Part shown: positions 20,161-29,723 of the stretch, one piece after another
Position numbering within the stretch: the first letter of the stretch is position 1
Layout of the letters: every line of letters begins with the position of its first letter
Source of the DNA: Bacteroidales bacterium
GTDB taxonomy: Bacteria; Bacteroidota; Bacteroidia; Bacteroidales; UBA10428
NCBI GenBank assembly: GCA_016926205.1
Contig: JAFGPB010000073.1
Location: forward strand, 17,272-81,271
DNA length: 64,000 nucleotides
Direction: 5' to 3'
The notes under the pieces: generated by a model
Database searches by the model: none
Seen by the model: only the letters and a program-made list of their open reading frames with translations
What the model was told of the DNA's origin: nothing
Position numbers and translations under genes: made by a program

Positions 20161-20865
20161 ATGATATCGGCGGGTCAAATTATTATTTTAATCGTTTTTA
20201 TGCTGCTCAGCATGATTGTCAGTTCCCAGCTTAAATCAAGATTTCGCAAATACTCAAAAATTGCTGTAAACTACGGACTGACAGGAAAAGATGTAGCGGA
20301 GAAGATGTTGAATGAAAGCGGAATATACGATGTTTCGGTCGTTTCTGTCCAGGGTGAACTGACCGATCATTACAATCCCGCGAACAAAACGGTCAATCTG
20401 AGCAGGGATGTATATTACGGGCAAAGTGTTTCAGCGGCTGCTGTTGCAGCTCATGAAACCGGTCATGCCATACAACATCACCAGGCATTTTCAATGCTCA
20501 GGTTCCGGACAGCACTTGTCCCATTACAGAACATCAGTGCAAAAATTATGAATATCATTTTTATTGCCATGTTTTTTGGTGCATTTGCTTTTCAGCAGGC
20601 TTTCAGTTTTGACCTTGCCATAATGATCATCATTATTTGCTACGCTATTTTTACGTTGTTTGCACTGGTAACCCTTCCTGTTGAAATCGATGCGAGCAAA
20701 AGGGCACTTGCCTGGCTTAACACCACCAATGTCACAAACATGGAAACCCACAGCAAAGCCAAAGATGCATTAAAATGGGCGGCATATACTTATGTGATTG
20801 CTGCACTGTCATCCCTGGCCATGTTGTTCTATTTCATTTTTATGTTTCTTGGGAGAAGAAACTAA
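20161..20865 (+). CDS. Membrane zinc metallopeptidase (YugP/Zn_peptidase_2 family)
   Basis: HETGHAIQH zinc motif flanked by TM helices. Confidence 0.8.
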   Translation: MISAGQIIILIVFMLLSMIVSSQLKSRFRKYSKIAVNYGLTGKDVAEKMLNESGIYDVSVVSVQGELTDHYNPANKTVNLSRDVYYGQSVSAAAVAAHETGHAIQHHQAFSMLRFRTALVPLQNISAKIMNIIFIAMFFGAFAFQQAFSFDLAIMIIIICYAIFTLFALVTLPVEIDASKRALAWLNTTNVTNMETHSKAKDALKWAAYTYVIAALSSLAMLFYFIFMFLGRRN

Positions 20866-20879
20866 TTGGTTGTGACGGA

Positions 20880-22019
20880 TTACATTCTTAGGCCCAGATG
20901 AAGCACCTGCATTGTTCTTTCTGCGGACCGCTCAAGCAGGATACTTGCGTGCTGAATGGATTGTTTCATGGTCAGGGGTTGATCTGCAATGGGAATTACT
21001 GCGATGAATTCCGGGTGTGTTGAATCATACCAGTTTTTGTCAACAATACCGGTAAAAGCAATTACAGGTTTTTTTAGTATACCTGCTGCATGTGCGATCC
21101 CGGAAGGCACTTTCCCGAAACAGGTTTGGGCATCCATTCTGCCTTCACCGGTAATGATGAGATCAGCCCACTGAATCCAGCGTTCAAGTTCAACCATCCG
21201 GCTGACCAGGTTAAAGCCCGGTTCAAGTCTGGCATTCAGAAATGCCATTAGTCCTGCTCCGAGACCGCCAGCAGCACCTGTTCCGGCAGCATTTTCGACA
21301 TCAATATCAAGCGATTTACGGATGATTCCTGAAAAGTGCCTGAGGTTATCATCCAGCAATCTGACCATTTCCGGTGTAGCTCCTTTTTGTGGACCGTAGA
21401 CATACGCAGCTCCGTTTCTGCCGGTAAGCGGATTGTTCACATCGCAGGCTGCAATGATGGTACAGTCTTTCAGGCGCGGATCAGTCCCGGAAAATTCAAT
21501 ATCTGTGATTCGGCCAAGGTTGTTCCCTCCTGTGCCTGCTGCATTGCCCTGATGATCCATGAAAACAAATCCGAGAGCCTGTGCCATTCCGATACCAGCA
21601 TCTATGGTAGCACTACCTCCCATTCCCAGTACGATTTTTTTGCAACCGTGATCCAGTGCTGATTGGATCAGCTCACCGGTCCCGAAAGAATTCGTTGCAA
21701 GAGGGTCTCTTTCATGTTTATCAAGCAGAGGAAGACCTGATGCGGCAGCCATCTCAACCACGGCAGTGACATTGTCACTGAGTATGCCATATTTGGCAAT
21801 GACAGGCCTCATCAGAGGATCATGCACGGTGACTTCCACATATCTGCCTCCCAGCGAGGAGAGCAGTACATCAACTGTCCCTTCACCGCCGTCAGCCATG
21901 GGTATTATTTTGCACGCCGCAGAGGGAAGGACCTTTCGTATGCCTGCTTGAATATGTGTTCCGGCACATGAAGAGGAAAGACTTTCTTTAAAAGAATCGG
22001 GACATACAAGAATTTTCAT
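20880..22019 (-). CDS. glxK: Glycerate kinase
   Basis: Family-typical N-terminus MKILVCPDSFKESL. The ATG at 22019 is preferred over the extended ORF start at 22082. Confidence 0.9.
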   Translation of the reverse strand: MKILVCPDSFKESLSSSCAGTHIQAGIRKVLPSAACKIIPMADGGEGTVDVLLSSLGGRYVEVTVHDPLMRPVIAKYGILSDNVTAVVEMAAASGLPLLDKHERDPLATNSFGTGELIQSALDHGCKKIVLGMGGSATIDAGIGMAQALGFVFMDHQGNAAGTGGNNLGRITDIEFSGTDPRLKDCTIIAACDVNNPLTGRNGAAYVYGPQKGATPEMVRLLDDNLRHFSGIIRKSLDIDVENAAGTGAAGGLGAGLMAFLNARLEPGFNLVSRMVELERWIQWADLIITGEGRMDAQTCFGKVPSGIAHAAGILKKPVIAFTGIVDKNWYDSTHPEFIAVIPIADQPLTMKQSIQHASILLERSAERTMQVLHLGLRM

Positions 22020-22045
22020 GACTATAATTTTATTTGAGGCCGGTC

Positions 22046-22053
22046 CAAAGTTA
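22046..22053 (-). promoter_or_regulatory. Bacteroidota -7 box for glxK
   Basis: The minus strand reads TAACTTTG, 27 nt upstream of the glxK ATG. Confidence 0.35.
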
Positions 22054-22101
22054 ATAAAATACAATCCATTGAGGATTCTCAAACAGACTGGTACATGCTG
22101 A

Positions 22102-22109
22102 TAATTTTG
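22102..22109 (+). promoter_or_regulatory. Orphan -7-like box at the head of a long untranslated stretch
   Basis: TAATTTTG lies 317 nt upstream of the next plus-strand ATG at 22426. Confidence 0.25.
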
Positions 22110-22255
22110 TCAGAAAGGAGCACCCTCATTTTTTCATGATGCCTGATCCTTTCACCCGGGGACATTGAGATTGCATAAGGAAATATTCGTCGCATGATAT
22201 TGTTTTTTCGACATGAATTTCATAACTTTAGTCAAATTCAGTCTGAAATGGCGGT

Positions 22256-22282
22256 CGACTGAAAACCGTCGGTTTTCAGTCG
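22256..22282. other. Perfect 12-bp-stem, 3-nt-loop hairpin in a divergent intergenic region
   Basis: cgactgaaaacc-gtc-ggttttcagtcg. No flanking T-run on either strand. Confidence 0.8.
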
Positions 22283-22425
22283 CGATACCAATATCCGGAG
22301 TACAGGTAAGGTTTTTTCAGACGTGTGGTTGCCGGATGATGTAAATTGAGTTTTGAACTCAACGCATTCGGAAAAAGCATCGTGAACATTTTGTAAGGGA
22401 AGATGTTTAAATAACAAAACATTTT

Positions 22426-22815
22426 ATGAAATCATACCGGAAATTGGATCTGAAAATGAGCAGGAGGATGCCGTTAATCTTATTATTTGTATTTATTTTC
22501 TCCCTGTTTCATGCATTTCCTTCTGCGCCTTATACAGATGAGGACATTCTCCGTATTAATCCGGAATTCTCGCTGAAACGGATGTCAAACGGTGAGGTGA
22601 TCATTTTTACAGGCGAGCAGGCAAACACTGAACAAAGCTTTTCCTTCCAGGATTTTTATGCTGATCTCCTGCTGGCTGCTCATAAAAAGCAACGTGTGGA
22701 ATATTTTGTCAGGACAATTGCAGAAAAATATTACCTGTCTGATGATGAATGCCGCCGGGAGTTCAAGCATGCGGTAAACGTACTTTCCGAATGGAATATT
22801 CTCATTATGGAATGA
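22426..22815 (+). CDS. Hypothetical membrane-anchored or secreted protein with a PqqD-like C-terminal region
   Basis: N-terminal hydrophobic segment PLILLFVFIFSLF. It is followed by a beta-beta-beta/helix pattern (INPEFSLKRMSNGEVIIFTGE...FVRTIAEKYYLSDDECRREFKHAVNVLSEWNILI) resembling PqqD/RRE domains. Pattern-level call only. Confidence 0.35.
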   Translation: MKSYRKLDLKMSRRMPLILLFVFIFSLFHAFPSAPYTDEDILRINPEFSLKRMSNGEVIIFTGEQANTEQSFSFQDFYADLLLAAHKKQRVEYFVRTIAEKYYLSDDECRREFKHAVNVLSEWNILIME

Positions 22816-22872
22816 GCAATGGTGAACCCATAATGAAGGATAGTATGCAATATCCGCAATAATGTCCGGATT

Positions 22873-23397
22873 TCAGTTGTCAATTACCACCTGAAGCTTG
22901 TACCTGGAGTAGTCCTGATCGACGGCTACGAAATCGAAATCTATTTTGTGCCCGGAAATTTTGGCCATTTCTATCAGGCCGAGACCTGCACCCCCCTTCT
23001 GGCTGAATTTACCATTGGTGATGATGCTTTTGTAATAATCCTTTAATCCCTGCTGGTCAAGTGTGTTCAGATAATAGATCTTGTTTTTTATTATTGGGAT
23101 ATGGGTGTTGTTAAGCAGATTGGAAGAGGTAATTTTGTATGTTTTCCGGTTTTTTTCGATCCTTATGCTGGGATGTGTCTGGGTTGAATTACCGTTGAGC
23201 GATGCAGGACATTCATTGTATTTGATGATATTCTCGAGCGTTTCGATCATTACAAGCAGCAGTTTCTTATACAAACCGGTCTGAATGCCGAGGGTCTGAG
23301 ATTTCCTCTTAAGTTCATGGATCAGGTCACCGACAGTCTCATATTGCACAGGCCCGTAATAATCAATAATTGTATTTCCTTCCAATGATGTATTCAA
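22873..23397 (-). CDS. SiaB-family/DUF6272-like HATPase-fold serine-threonine kinase (anti-sigma-factor-like)
   Basis: C-terminal G-box KGGAGLGLIEMAKISGHKIDFDF and N-box-like ETLENIIKY. 174 aa, TTG start. Confidence 0.6.
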   Translation of the reverse strand: MNTSLEGNTIIDYYGPVQYETVGDLIHELKRKSQTLGIQTGLYKKLLLVMIETLENIIKYNECPASLNGNSTQTHPSIRIEKNRKTYKITSSNLLNNTHIPIIKNKIYYLNTLDQQGLKDYYKSIITNGKFSQKGGAGLGLIEMAKISGHKIDFDFVAVDQDYSRYKLQVVIDN

Positions 23398-23500
23398 TTA
23401 ATAAAGTGTAAAATAGTATGTCTTCGGAATAAAGGATTATGCTAGTGAAACGATATATTTTGCAATATTGTTTCAAAAACCAGTCAATTGTGAGGCGTTT

Positions 23501-23971
23501 TTATGAAAAATTCAGCTGTTTCTGATATCCGAGATCCTTCTGAAGGTTCCTGCCTTTTGATGCTTCAACGGCAAGCAGGTCGCATCGTTCATTTAAAAGA
23601 TTGTCTGCATGACTTTTAACCCAGACAAAACGGACGTTATGTTTTCTGTAGATTCTTAAAAACCTGGTCCACAAATCCTGATTCTTTTTCTTTCTGAATT
23701 GTTTTTCTTCCCATTCAAACAACCAGCCTTTCTCCACAGCATCTACCACATAAGCTGAATCAGAATATACCGTGACTTTGCAGTTTTCAATTTTTAAAGC
23801 TTCCAGACCGGTAATGACTGCGAGCAATTCCATGCGATTGTTGGTGGTAAGTTCGAAACCTTGCGACAGTTCTTTTCTGTGCTTCCCGGATATCAGGATA
23901 ACACCGTATCCTCCGGGGCCGGGATTTCCTCTGGCTGATCCGTCCGTGTATAGGGTTATTTCAGGTCCCAT
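23501..23971 (-). CDS. rnhA: Ribonuclease HI
   Basis: YTDGSARGNPGPGGYG and NRMEL motifs. The ATG at 23971 overlaps the marC-like 3' end by 11 nt. Confidence 0.92.
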   Translation of the reverse strand: MGPEITLYTDGSARGNPGPGGYGVILISGKHRKELSQGFELTTNNRMELLAVITGLEALKIENCKVTVYSDSAYVVDAVEKGWLFEWEEKQFRKKKNQDLWTRFLRIYRKHNVRFVWVKSHADNLLNERCDLLAVEASKGRNLQKDLGYQKQLNFS

Positions 23972-24545
23972 TACCGATATTGATGCCAGTGTTGGACAAA
24001 AACAGGCGGATGGCGATGGCCAGAAGAATGATTCCAAAAATCCTGTTCAGGATCAGAATGCCGTTCTGGCCCAATATTCTTTCGACCAGTTTTGTTGCCC
24101 TGAGCACGATGTATACAAAGATCATGTTGAGGGTAAGTGCAATGAAGATGGTCCATAAATTGTATTCAGCCTTGAGCGATATGATGGTTGTCAGGCTCCC
24201 TGCACCGGCGATCAGTGGAAAGGCAATCGGGAAAATGGATGTATGGCGATAGGGTTCGAATTTAAAGAGTTCAATACCAAGAACCATTTCAAGACCCAGA
24301 AAAAACAGAACAATAGAACCGGCAATGGCAAATGATGAAATATCAACACCAAATATATTCAGGAAAGGTTCTCCTGCAAAAAGGAAAAGCAGCAGGATAC
24401 CATATGCGACAAATGTTACCTTCCCGGATTCGATTTCGCCTGTTTTTCTTTTGAACTCCAGGATGTACGGAATAGAGCCGGTGATATCGATTACGGCAAA
24501 CAGAACCATAAAAACAGAAAAAATATCAATCCACCTGAATGGCAT
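23961..24545 (-). CDS. MarC-family (UPF0056) integral membrane protein
   Basis: Six TM helices and family-like motifs (ITGSIPYIL, FPIAFPLIAGAGSLTT). Confidence 0.8.
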   Translation of the reverse strand: MPFRWIDIFSVFMVLFAVIDITGSIPYILEFKRKTGEIESGKVTFVAYGILLLFLFAGEPFLNIFGVDISSFAIAGSIVLFFLGLEMVLGIELFKFEPYRHTSIFPIAFPLIAGAGSLTTIISLKAEYNLWTIFIALTLNMIFVYIVLRATKLVERILGQNGILILNRIFGIILLAIAIRLFLSNTGINIGNGT

Positions 24546-24558
24546 GGGCCTTGTTGTT

Positions 24559-26715
24559 TTACTGGATCAGTTTCATTTCATCAATCAGATGTGAAGCACC
24601 GGCGTATTTGTCGATGATGAAAAGTACATACCGGATATCAACACATATGCAACGCTGCAGTTCTGCTTCATAAATAATATCACTGCTCATGGCTTCCCAG
24701 TTTCCATCGAACGCCAGTCCGATCAGGTTGCCATTCCCATCGATTACGGGACTTCCGGAGTTGCCGCCCGTGATATCATTGTTGGTGATAAAGCAGACCG
24801 GCATGGTCCCGTTCATTCCAAAGCCACCATAATCTTCCTTGTTGTACAATTCCTTTAACCTGTCCGGAACGGCAAATTCCAGACTTGATGAATCTTCCTT
24901 TTCCATAACTCCTTTTAAGGTAGTGTAATAATCATAGTGAATGGCATCCCCCGGCGAATAATCATGCACGGTTCCATAAGTCATCCGTATTGTAAAGTTC
25001 GCATCAGGATAGAACACTTTGTTGTCATTCATCTCCATTGTTCCTTCCACATAGAGCCTGTGTCCCCTTTCATAATCAATATCATAATAGAGCAGTGTAT
25101 AATACAGTTCACTGTAAAGTTCGAGTGCCGAAGATGCAGCCTGAAATGCCAGATCATTCTCCAGTGCAGAAGCGGTCGGTTGTTCAATGAATTTTGCAAA
25201 CTTGTCCGGATCGGCAAACAATGATGTTTTGAACATTTTTTCGCTGAACCTGCCAAAATCATTTCTGTATTTTGTGCGTACTGTGTTGAAAAAATCAGGG
25301 TGAAATTCGAAGGGAACATCTTCATAGAATAACGCCAGCATAACCGGGGTTACTTTCATATCGGTGGTGACATTATAATTTTTAAAAAACGCATTGCCGG
25401 TCTTTTTCAGTTCTGCTGACAGGGAATCGATCAGTTCCATATTTCCGGTTTCAGTCTGCAATGAAATATAAAGGATGGAAGCCTCATAGGCAAAATTCAG
25501 GATTTCCGCAGACGTAAAAAGACATTCATATGTATATTGTAATGCTGATTCATACGGTGCCCGCTGTTCGACTGACTGTCTGATCAGATCGAGTGCTTCA
25601 CCGTATTTTGCCTGCCTGTTTTCATTTTCTTTTATCCACTCTGTAAACAATTCTTCTTCCTTCTTCTTTTTCTTATACACATCAAGCCTTTTCAGTCCTT
25701 CATTCTGGCCAATTGAATACTTGTAATAATTGGTTGAACCTGAAAAGTATTTGTCTGCATACTGAATATAGACTTTCTCATCTGCCAGCATGTCCTCCCA
25801 GAGAATTTCCTGCCTGAGTCCGCGAATTTTGATCCGGTTGGGGTTTGTGATCTCCAGAAGCTCTCTCACTTCAAAGGAAGTCATGTACCTGTCAGTTCCG
25901 CCCGGATATCCCAACACCATGGTAAAATCACCGTTTTGATAGCCACGGGTTGAAACAGGAAGATAATGTCCCGGTTCCAGAGGAACATTATCCGGATGGT
26001 ATTCAGCGGGATTTCCGTCAGGATTACAGTACACCCTGAAAATACTAAAATCACCCGTATGACGGGGCCACATCCAGTTGTCCGTATCACTGCCGAATTT
26101 ACCGATGGAAGAAGGCGGCGCACCGACCAATCGGACATCCTGAAATACTTCATAAACAAATAAATAGTAACTGTTACCGCCAAAAAGCGGTTCAACAACT
26201 GCATTCAGGTGTGAGTCCCCTGTTGCTAAATCCACAAGGGAATCCGATGCCATTTCAATGACCGTGCTTCTCTGGTATTCAGTCAGGTCTTCACCAACAT
26301 TCGCAAGAACGGCATCCGTGACATCTTCCATCGATTTCAGAAAAGTCACCGTAAGTCCCGGGTTGGGCAGTTCCTCATCACGGTTCATTGCCCAGAAGCC
26401 GTCTTCAAGGTAATTATTTTCAACTGTACTGTGGCTTTGAATGATATCAAATCCACAATGATGGTTGGTGATCAGCAGTCCGTCACCGGATATCATTTCA
26501 CCGGTACAACCGTCACCGAAGATCACAATTGCATCTTTCATGCTGCTTTTATGGATACTGTATATATCTTCTGCATTAAGACTAAAACCCATCGCCTGCA
26601 TGGTATCGATGTTCAGCGACTGAATGAGTGACAACAGCCACATGCCTTCATCAGCCCTTGATCCTGGATTTATTGACAAAATGAACAACAAAGAAAGATA
26701 CAGGGTCTTCTTCAT
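24559..26715 (-). CDS. S46-family dipeptidyl-peptidase (DPP7/DPP11-like)
   Basis: The mature N-terminus DEGMWL follows a signal peptide, with catalytic TGGNSGSPV and HH motifs. The ATG at 26715 is preferred. Confidence 0.9.
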   Translation of the reverse strand: MKKTLYLSLLFILSINPGSRADEGMWLLSLIQSLNIDTMQAMGFSLNAEDIYSIHKSSMKDAIVIFGDGCTGEMISGDGLLITNHHCGFDIIQSHSTVENNYLEDGFWAMNRDEELPNPGLTVTFLKSMEDVTDAVLANVGEDLTEYQRSTVIEMASDSLVDLATGDSHLNAVVEPLFGGNSYYLFVYEVFQDVRLVGAPPSSIGKFGSDTDNWMWPRHTGDFSIFRVYCNPDGNPAEYHPDNVPLEPGHYLPVSTRGYQNGDFTMVLGYPGGTDRYMTSFEVRELLEITNPNRIKIRGLRQEILWEDMLADEKVYIQYADKYFSGSTNYYKYSIGQNEGLKRLDVYKKKKKEEELFTEWIKENENRQAKYGEALDLIRQSVEQRAPYESALQYTYECLFTSAEILNFAYEASILYISLQTETGNMELIDSLSAELKKTGNAFFKNYNVTTDMKVTPVMLALFYEDVPFEFHPDFFNTVRTKYRNDFGRFSEKMFKTSLFADPDKFAKFIEQPTASALENDLAFQAASSALELYSELYYTLLYYDIDYERGHRLYVEGTMEMNDNKVFYPDANFTIRMTYGTVHDYSPGDAIHYDYYTTLKGVMEKEDSSSLEFAVPDRLKELYNKEDYGGFGMNGTMPVCFITNNDITGGNSGSPVIDGNGNLIGLAFDGNWEAMSSDIIYEAELQRCICVDIRYVLFIIDKYAGASHLIDEMKLIQ

Positions 26716-26757
26716 GGCGGAGAAAAAATGCGGGATCATAAAAAAACAGGTAAAATT

Positions 26758-27369
26758 TTAAAAATCAATAGTGAACTGTTTATCAACAAGAGTGAAGCTT
26801 TTACGGTGATACGGGGTAGTTCCATATTTTGCAATTGCATATCGGTGGGCTGTTGTCCCGTATCCCTTGTTTTTATCCCATCCGTATTGATGATAATCCT
26901 GATGCAGTGATATCATATAGGCATCCCGGTAAGTTTTGGCAAGCACAGAAGCTGCCGCAATTGATGCATATATACTGTCGCCCCTGATGATGCAATGATG
27001 GGGAACAGATTCATACGGACAAAAATAACTGCCGTCAACAATAATATGTTCCGGCCGTATCCTGAGTCCATCCAGGGCCATGTGCATTGCAAGAATTGAG
27101 GATCTCAGAATATTCAGAATGTCAATTTTCTCATTGCCGACATGTACGACAGACCAGTCAAGGGCAACATGCTCAATTTCGTCACGCAGCCTGTTGCGTG
27201 TTTTTTCACTCAGCTTTTTTGAATCGTTCAAAGAAGGATTACAGTAGTCATCAGGCAGGATCACGGCAGCTGCAAAGACCGGTCCTGCAAGGCAACCGCG
27301 ACCGGCTTCATCAATTCCGGCTTCAATGGTTAACGGATTAAAGCAACTTTTTAACATATCTTTATACAT
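26758..27369 (-). CDS. rnhB: Ribonuclease HII
   Basis: GIDEAGRGCLAGPV and DSKKLS motifs. Confidence 0.93.
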   Translation of the reverse strand: MYKDMLKSCFNPLTIEAGIDEAGRGCLAGPVFAAAVILPDDYCNPSLNDSKKLSEKTRNRLRDEIEHVALDWSVVHVGNEKIDILNILRSSILAMHMALDGLRIRPEHIIVDGSYFCPYESVPHHCIIRGDSIYASIAAASVLAKTYRDAYMISLHQDYHQYGWDKNKGYGTTAHRYAIAKYGTTPYHRKSFTLVDKQFTIDF

Positions 27370-27395
27370 TTGTAAAGAAAATAATTTCAGGCGGA

Positions 27396-28847
27396 TTGAA
27401 AAAGAAATTTATTACAAATCTTGCATTTCTTCTTTTCCTCAATATCCTGATCAAACCTGTTTATGCCTTTGGAATTGATGTCGGCATTCAGAATGCTGTA
27501 GGCGCAATAAGTTACGGCAGCTATTTTATTTTGCTTAATTTCACACTGATCTTCCAGATCATACTCGATCTTGGCATTGAGAATTACAGCCGGCGCGAAA
27601 TAGCCCGAAGTCCCGGCATGCTCGGCCGGTATTTTTCCGGCATCATGCCGTTAAAGCTGATCCTGGGCTGTATTTATTTCGCTGTCTGTTATACAATAGG
27701 GTCCTTTCTGGGCTGGGTGAAGCAGGAATTCATGATGCTGACACTGTTGCTTTTTAACCAGTTCCTTGCAGGTTTTATATTGTATTTAAGGTCCAATCTC
27801 GGGGGACTGCATATGTTCAGGCTGGAAAGCCTTATCTCCATACTGGACAAGCTCATCGTGATTCTGATCTGTGGTTTCTTATTGCTCAATCCGCTTACCA
27901 GGATCCAATTCAGGATTGAATGGCTTGTATTTGCGCAGACTGCAGCATATTTGATCGTGGCAGCACTTGCTTTTCTCATTGTCTTTATGAATTCAGGGGA
28001 TTTTCAATTCAATTTCAATCCCGGTCGAACGCTGATATTTCTGAAAAGAAGCTTTCCGTATGCATTGCTGATTATGCTGATGGCCATTTATACACGTTCC
28101 AACTCAGTATTGCTCGGAATATTACGATCGGACGGAAAGGAACTGGCCGGTATTTATGCACAAAGTTTCAGAATCGTTGAGATCCTCACAAACTATGGTT
28201 ATCTGTTTACAATTATCTTACTGCCCGTTTTTTCCCGACTGCTCAAGCAGAATGAACCTGTTGCAGATTTATTGCAGCTGTCCGCCAGGCTCCTGTTTGT
28301 GCCTGCAATTGTCATGGTCTGTGGATGCATTGCATACAGGAATGAAATCATCTCACTGCTGTATGTTGAACATACTGAAATATCGGGGAGGGTTTTCGGA
28401 ATCCTGATTGGCAGTTTTCTGGGTATGTGCACTACATATTCTTTCGGTACGTTGCTGACTGCCAACGGAAGTTTGTTGCAACTGAACAAAATGGCTTTCA
28501 TCTCAGTTATCCTTTACCTGGTTCTGAATCTGGTCCTCATCTGTGAATATGGAGTTATCGGTGCAGCCTTAGCCCATGTTGCAACGCAGCTTTTTACCGC
28601 GGTTTACCAGATTATACTCGCTGTACAGATTTTTCATTTCAGGATTCATTACAGTTTGTTGACCCGGTTGGCAATATTCTTCCTGGTGGTTCTTGGAGTA
28701 GCAGTTCTAATGGAGAACATTGACATGAACTGGTACCTGTCATTTTTCCTGTTCGTGATTTTTGCACTGATGTTTTCCTTTTTAACAAAACTCCTGCAAA
28801 TCAAATCCCTTTTGTTCTTTGTGCAGAATGAAAAATACTTGAAGTGA
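27396..28847 (+). CDS. Polysaccharide/oligosaccharide flippase (Wzx/MOP superfamily)
   Basis: 483 aa with about 12-14 TM helices. TTG start. Confidence 0.6.
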   Translation: MKKKFITNLAFLLFLNILIKPVYAFGIDVGIQNAVGAISYGSYFILLNFTLIFQIILDLGIENYSRREIARSPGMLGRYFSGIMPLKLILGCIYFAVCYTIGSFLGWVKQEFMMLTLLLFNQFLAGFILYLRSNLGGLHMFRLESLISILDKLIVILICGFLLLNPLTRIQFRIEWLVFAQTAAYLIVAALAFLIVFMNSGDFQFNFNPGRTLIFLKRSFPYALLIMLMAIYTRSNSVLLGILRSDGKELAGIYAQSFRIVEILTNYGYLFTIILLPVFSRLLKQNEPVADLLQLSARLLFVPAIVMVCGCIAYRNEIISLLYVEHTEISGRVFGILIGSFLGMCTTYSFGTLLTANGSLLQLNKMAFISVILYLVLNLVLICEYGVIGAALAHVATQLFTAVYQIILAVQIFHFRIHYSLLTRLAIFFLVVLGVAVLMENIDMNWYLSFFLFVIFALMFSFLTKLLQIKSLLFFVQNEKYLK

Positions 28848-28927
28848 ATGCAGAGATTGCCATTTATTTTGAAAAACAGCAACTGTTCGTTAATTTTACC
28901 TGATATGGAACTGCTTGCATTACTTTT

Positions 28928-29668
28928 GTGAACCTGACTGTTGATATCGGTAATACGCATTCCAAGATCGCATGTTTTGATCGGGATGTAATTGTTGACT
29001 GCATAAGCATCGAAAATCAGGATCAAACAGGAATCTCTGAATGGATTTTAAAACGTGAATACAGCAATTCGATTTTTTGTTCAGTAGGCAGAATCAGTGA
29101 AAATATAATGACTGCGATCAAAAGGCAGAGTCCCAAAGTACTGTATCTTGACCGGCATACTCCGCTTCCTTTCAGAGTTGTATATAAAACACCCGATACC
29201 CTTGGATATGACCGTATTGCTGCAGCATCCGGAGCAATAAAGGATTTCCCCGGAGAAGATGTTCTGATTTTTGATTTCGGGACGGCATTAACGATTGATT
29301 TTGTGAGTGCAACAGGCGAGTATCGGGGAGGGAATATTTCACCGGGATTGAATACACGGTTCAGGTCCCTGCATGATTATACCGCCGGTCTGCCTTTTGT
29401 GAAAAGCAACAGGAATTATCCGTTCCTGGGGGAAGATACAGAATCCGCAATTGTTTCAGGTGTTCAGCAGGGCATCGTATTTGAAGCAACAGGATATATC
29501 GATACTTACGTTAAACAATTTCCGGCATGTAAATTTGTTGCTACAGGAGGGGACTCATCTTATGTTGCCGGGTTAATATCTAAACAGCTGATATTATGTC
29601 CGAATCTTACACTGGAAGGTCTTAATTATATACTCAACTTCAACATAAATTCTATACGGAATTCGTAA
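28928..29668 (+). CDS. coaX: Type III pantothenate kinase
   Basis: N-terminal LTVDIGNTHSK and internal DFGTALT ASKHA motifs. GTG start. Confidence 0.9.
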   Translation: MNLTVDIGNTHSKIACFDRDVIVDCISIENQDQTGISEWILKREYSNSIFCSVGRISENIMTAIKRQSPKVLYLDRHTPLPFRVVYKTPDTLGYDRIAAASGAIKDFPGEDVLIFDFGTALTIDFVSATGEYRGGNISPGLNTRFRSLHDYTAGLPFVKSNRNYPFLGEDTESAIVSGVQQGIVFEATGYIDTYVKQFPACKFVATGGDSSYVAGLISKQLILCPNLTLEGLNYILNFNINSIRNS

Positions 29669-29673
29669 TTTTG
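29666..29673 (+). promoter_or_regulatory. Bacteroidota -7 box for lptC
   Basis: TAATTTTG overlaps the coaX stop codon and lies 51 nt upstream of the ATG at 29724. Confidence 0.3.
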
Positions 29674-29723
29674 TCGGATTGTTTTTTTACAGTGTGCCAA
29701 TAAAGAATACGAAAACCGGTACC

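Noticed and set aside
22136-22262. Two tiny ORFs in the long intergenic region: 10 codons at 22136-22168 and 22 codons at 22194-22262.
   Set aside because: They are too short to support from sequence alone, and the peptides show no regulatory-codon clustering convincing enough for a leader-peptide call. They are mentioned only as context for the hairpin.
28921-28928. A TACTTTTG promoter-like box at the coaX start.
   Set aside because: The box overlaps the GTG start codon itself, so a transcript initiating downstream would lack the start. It is probably a chance match.
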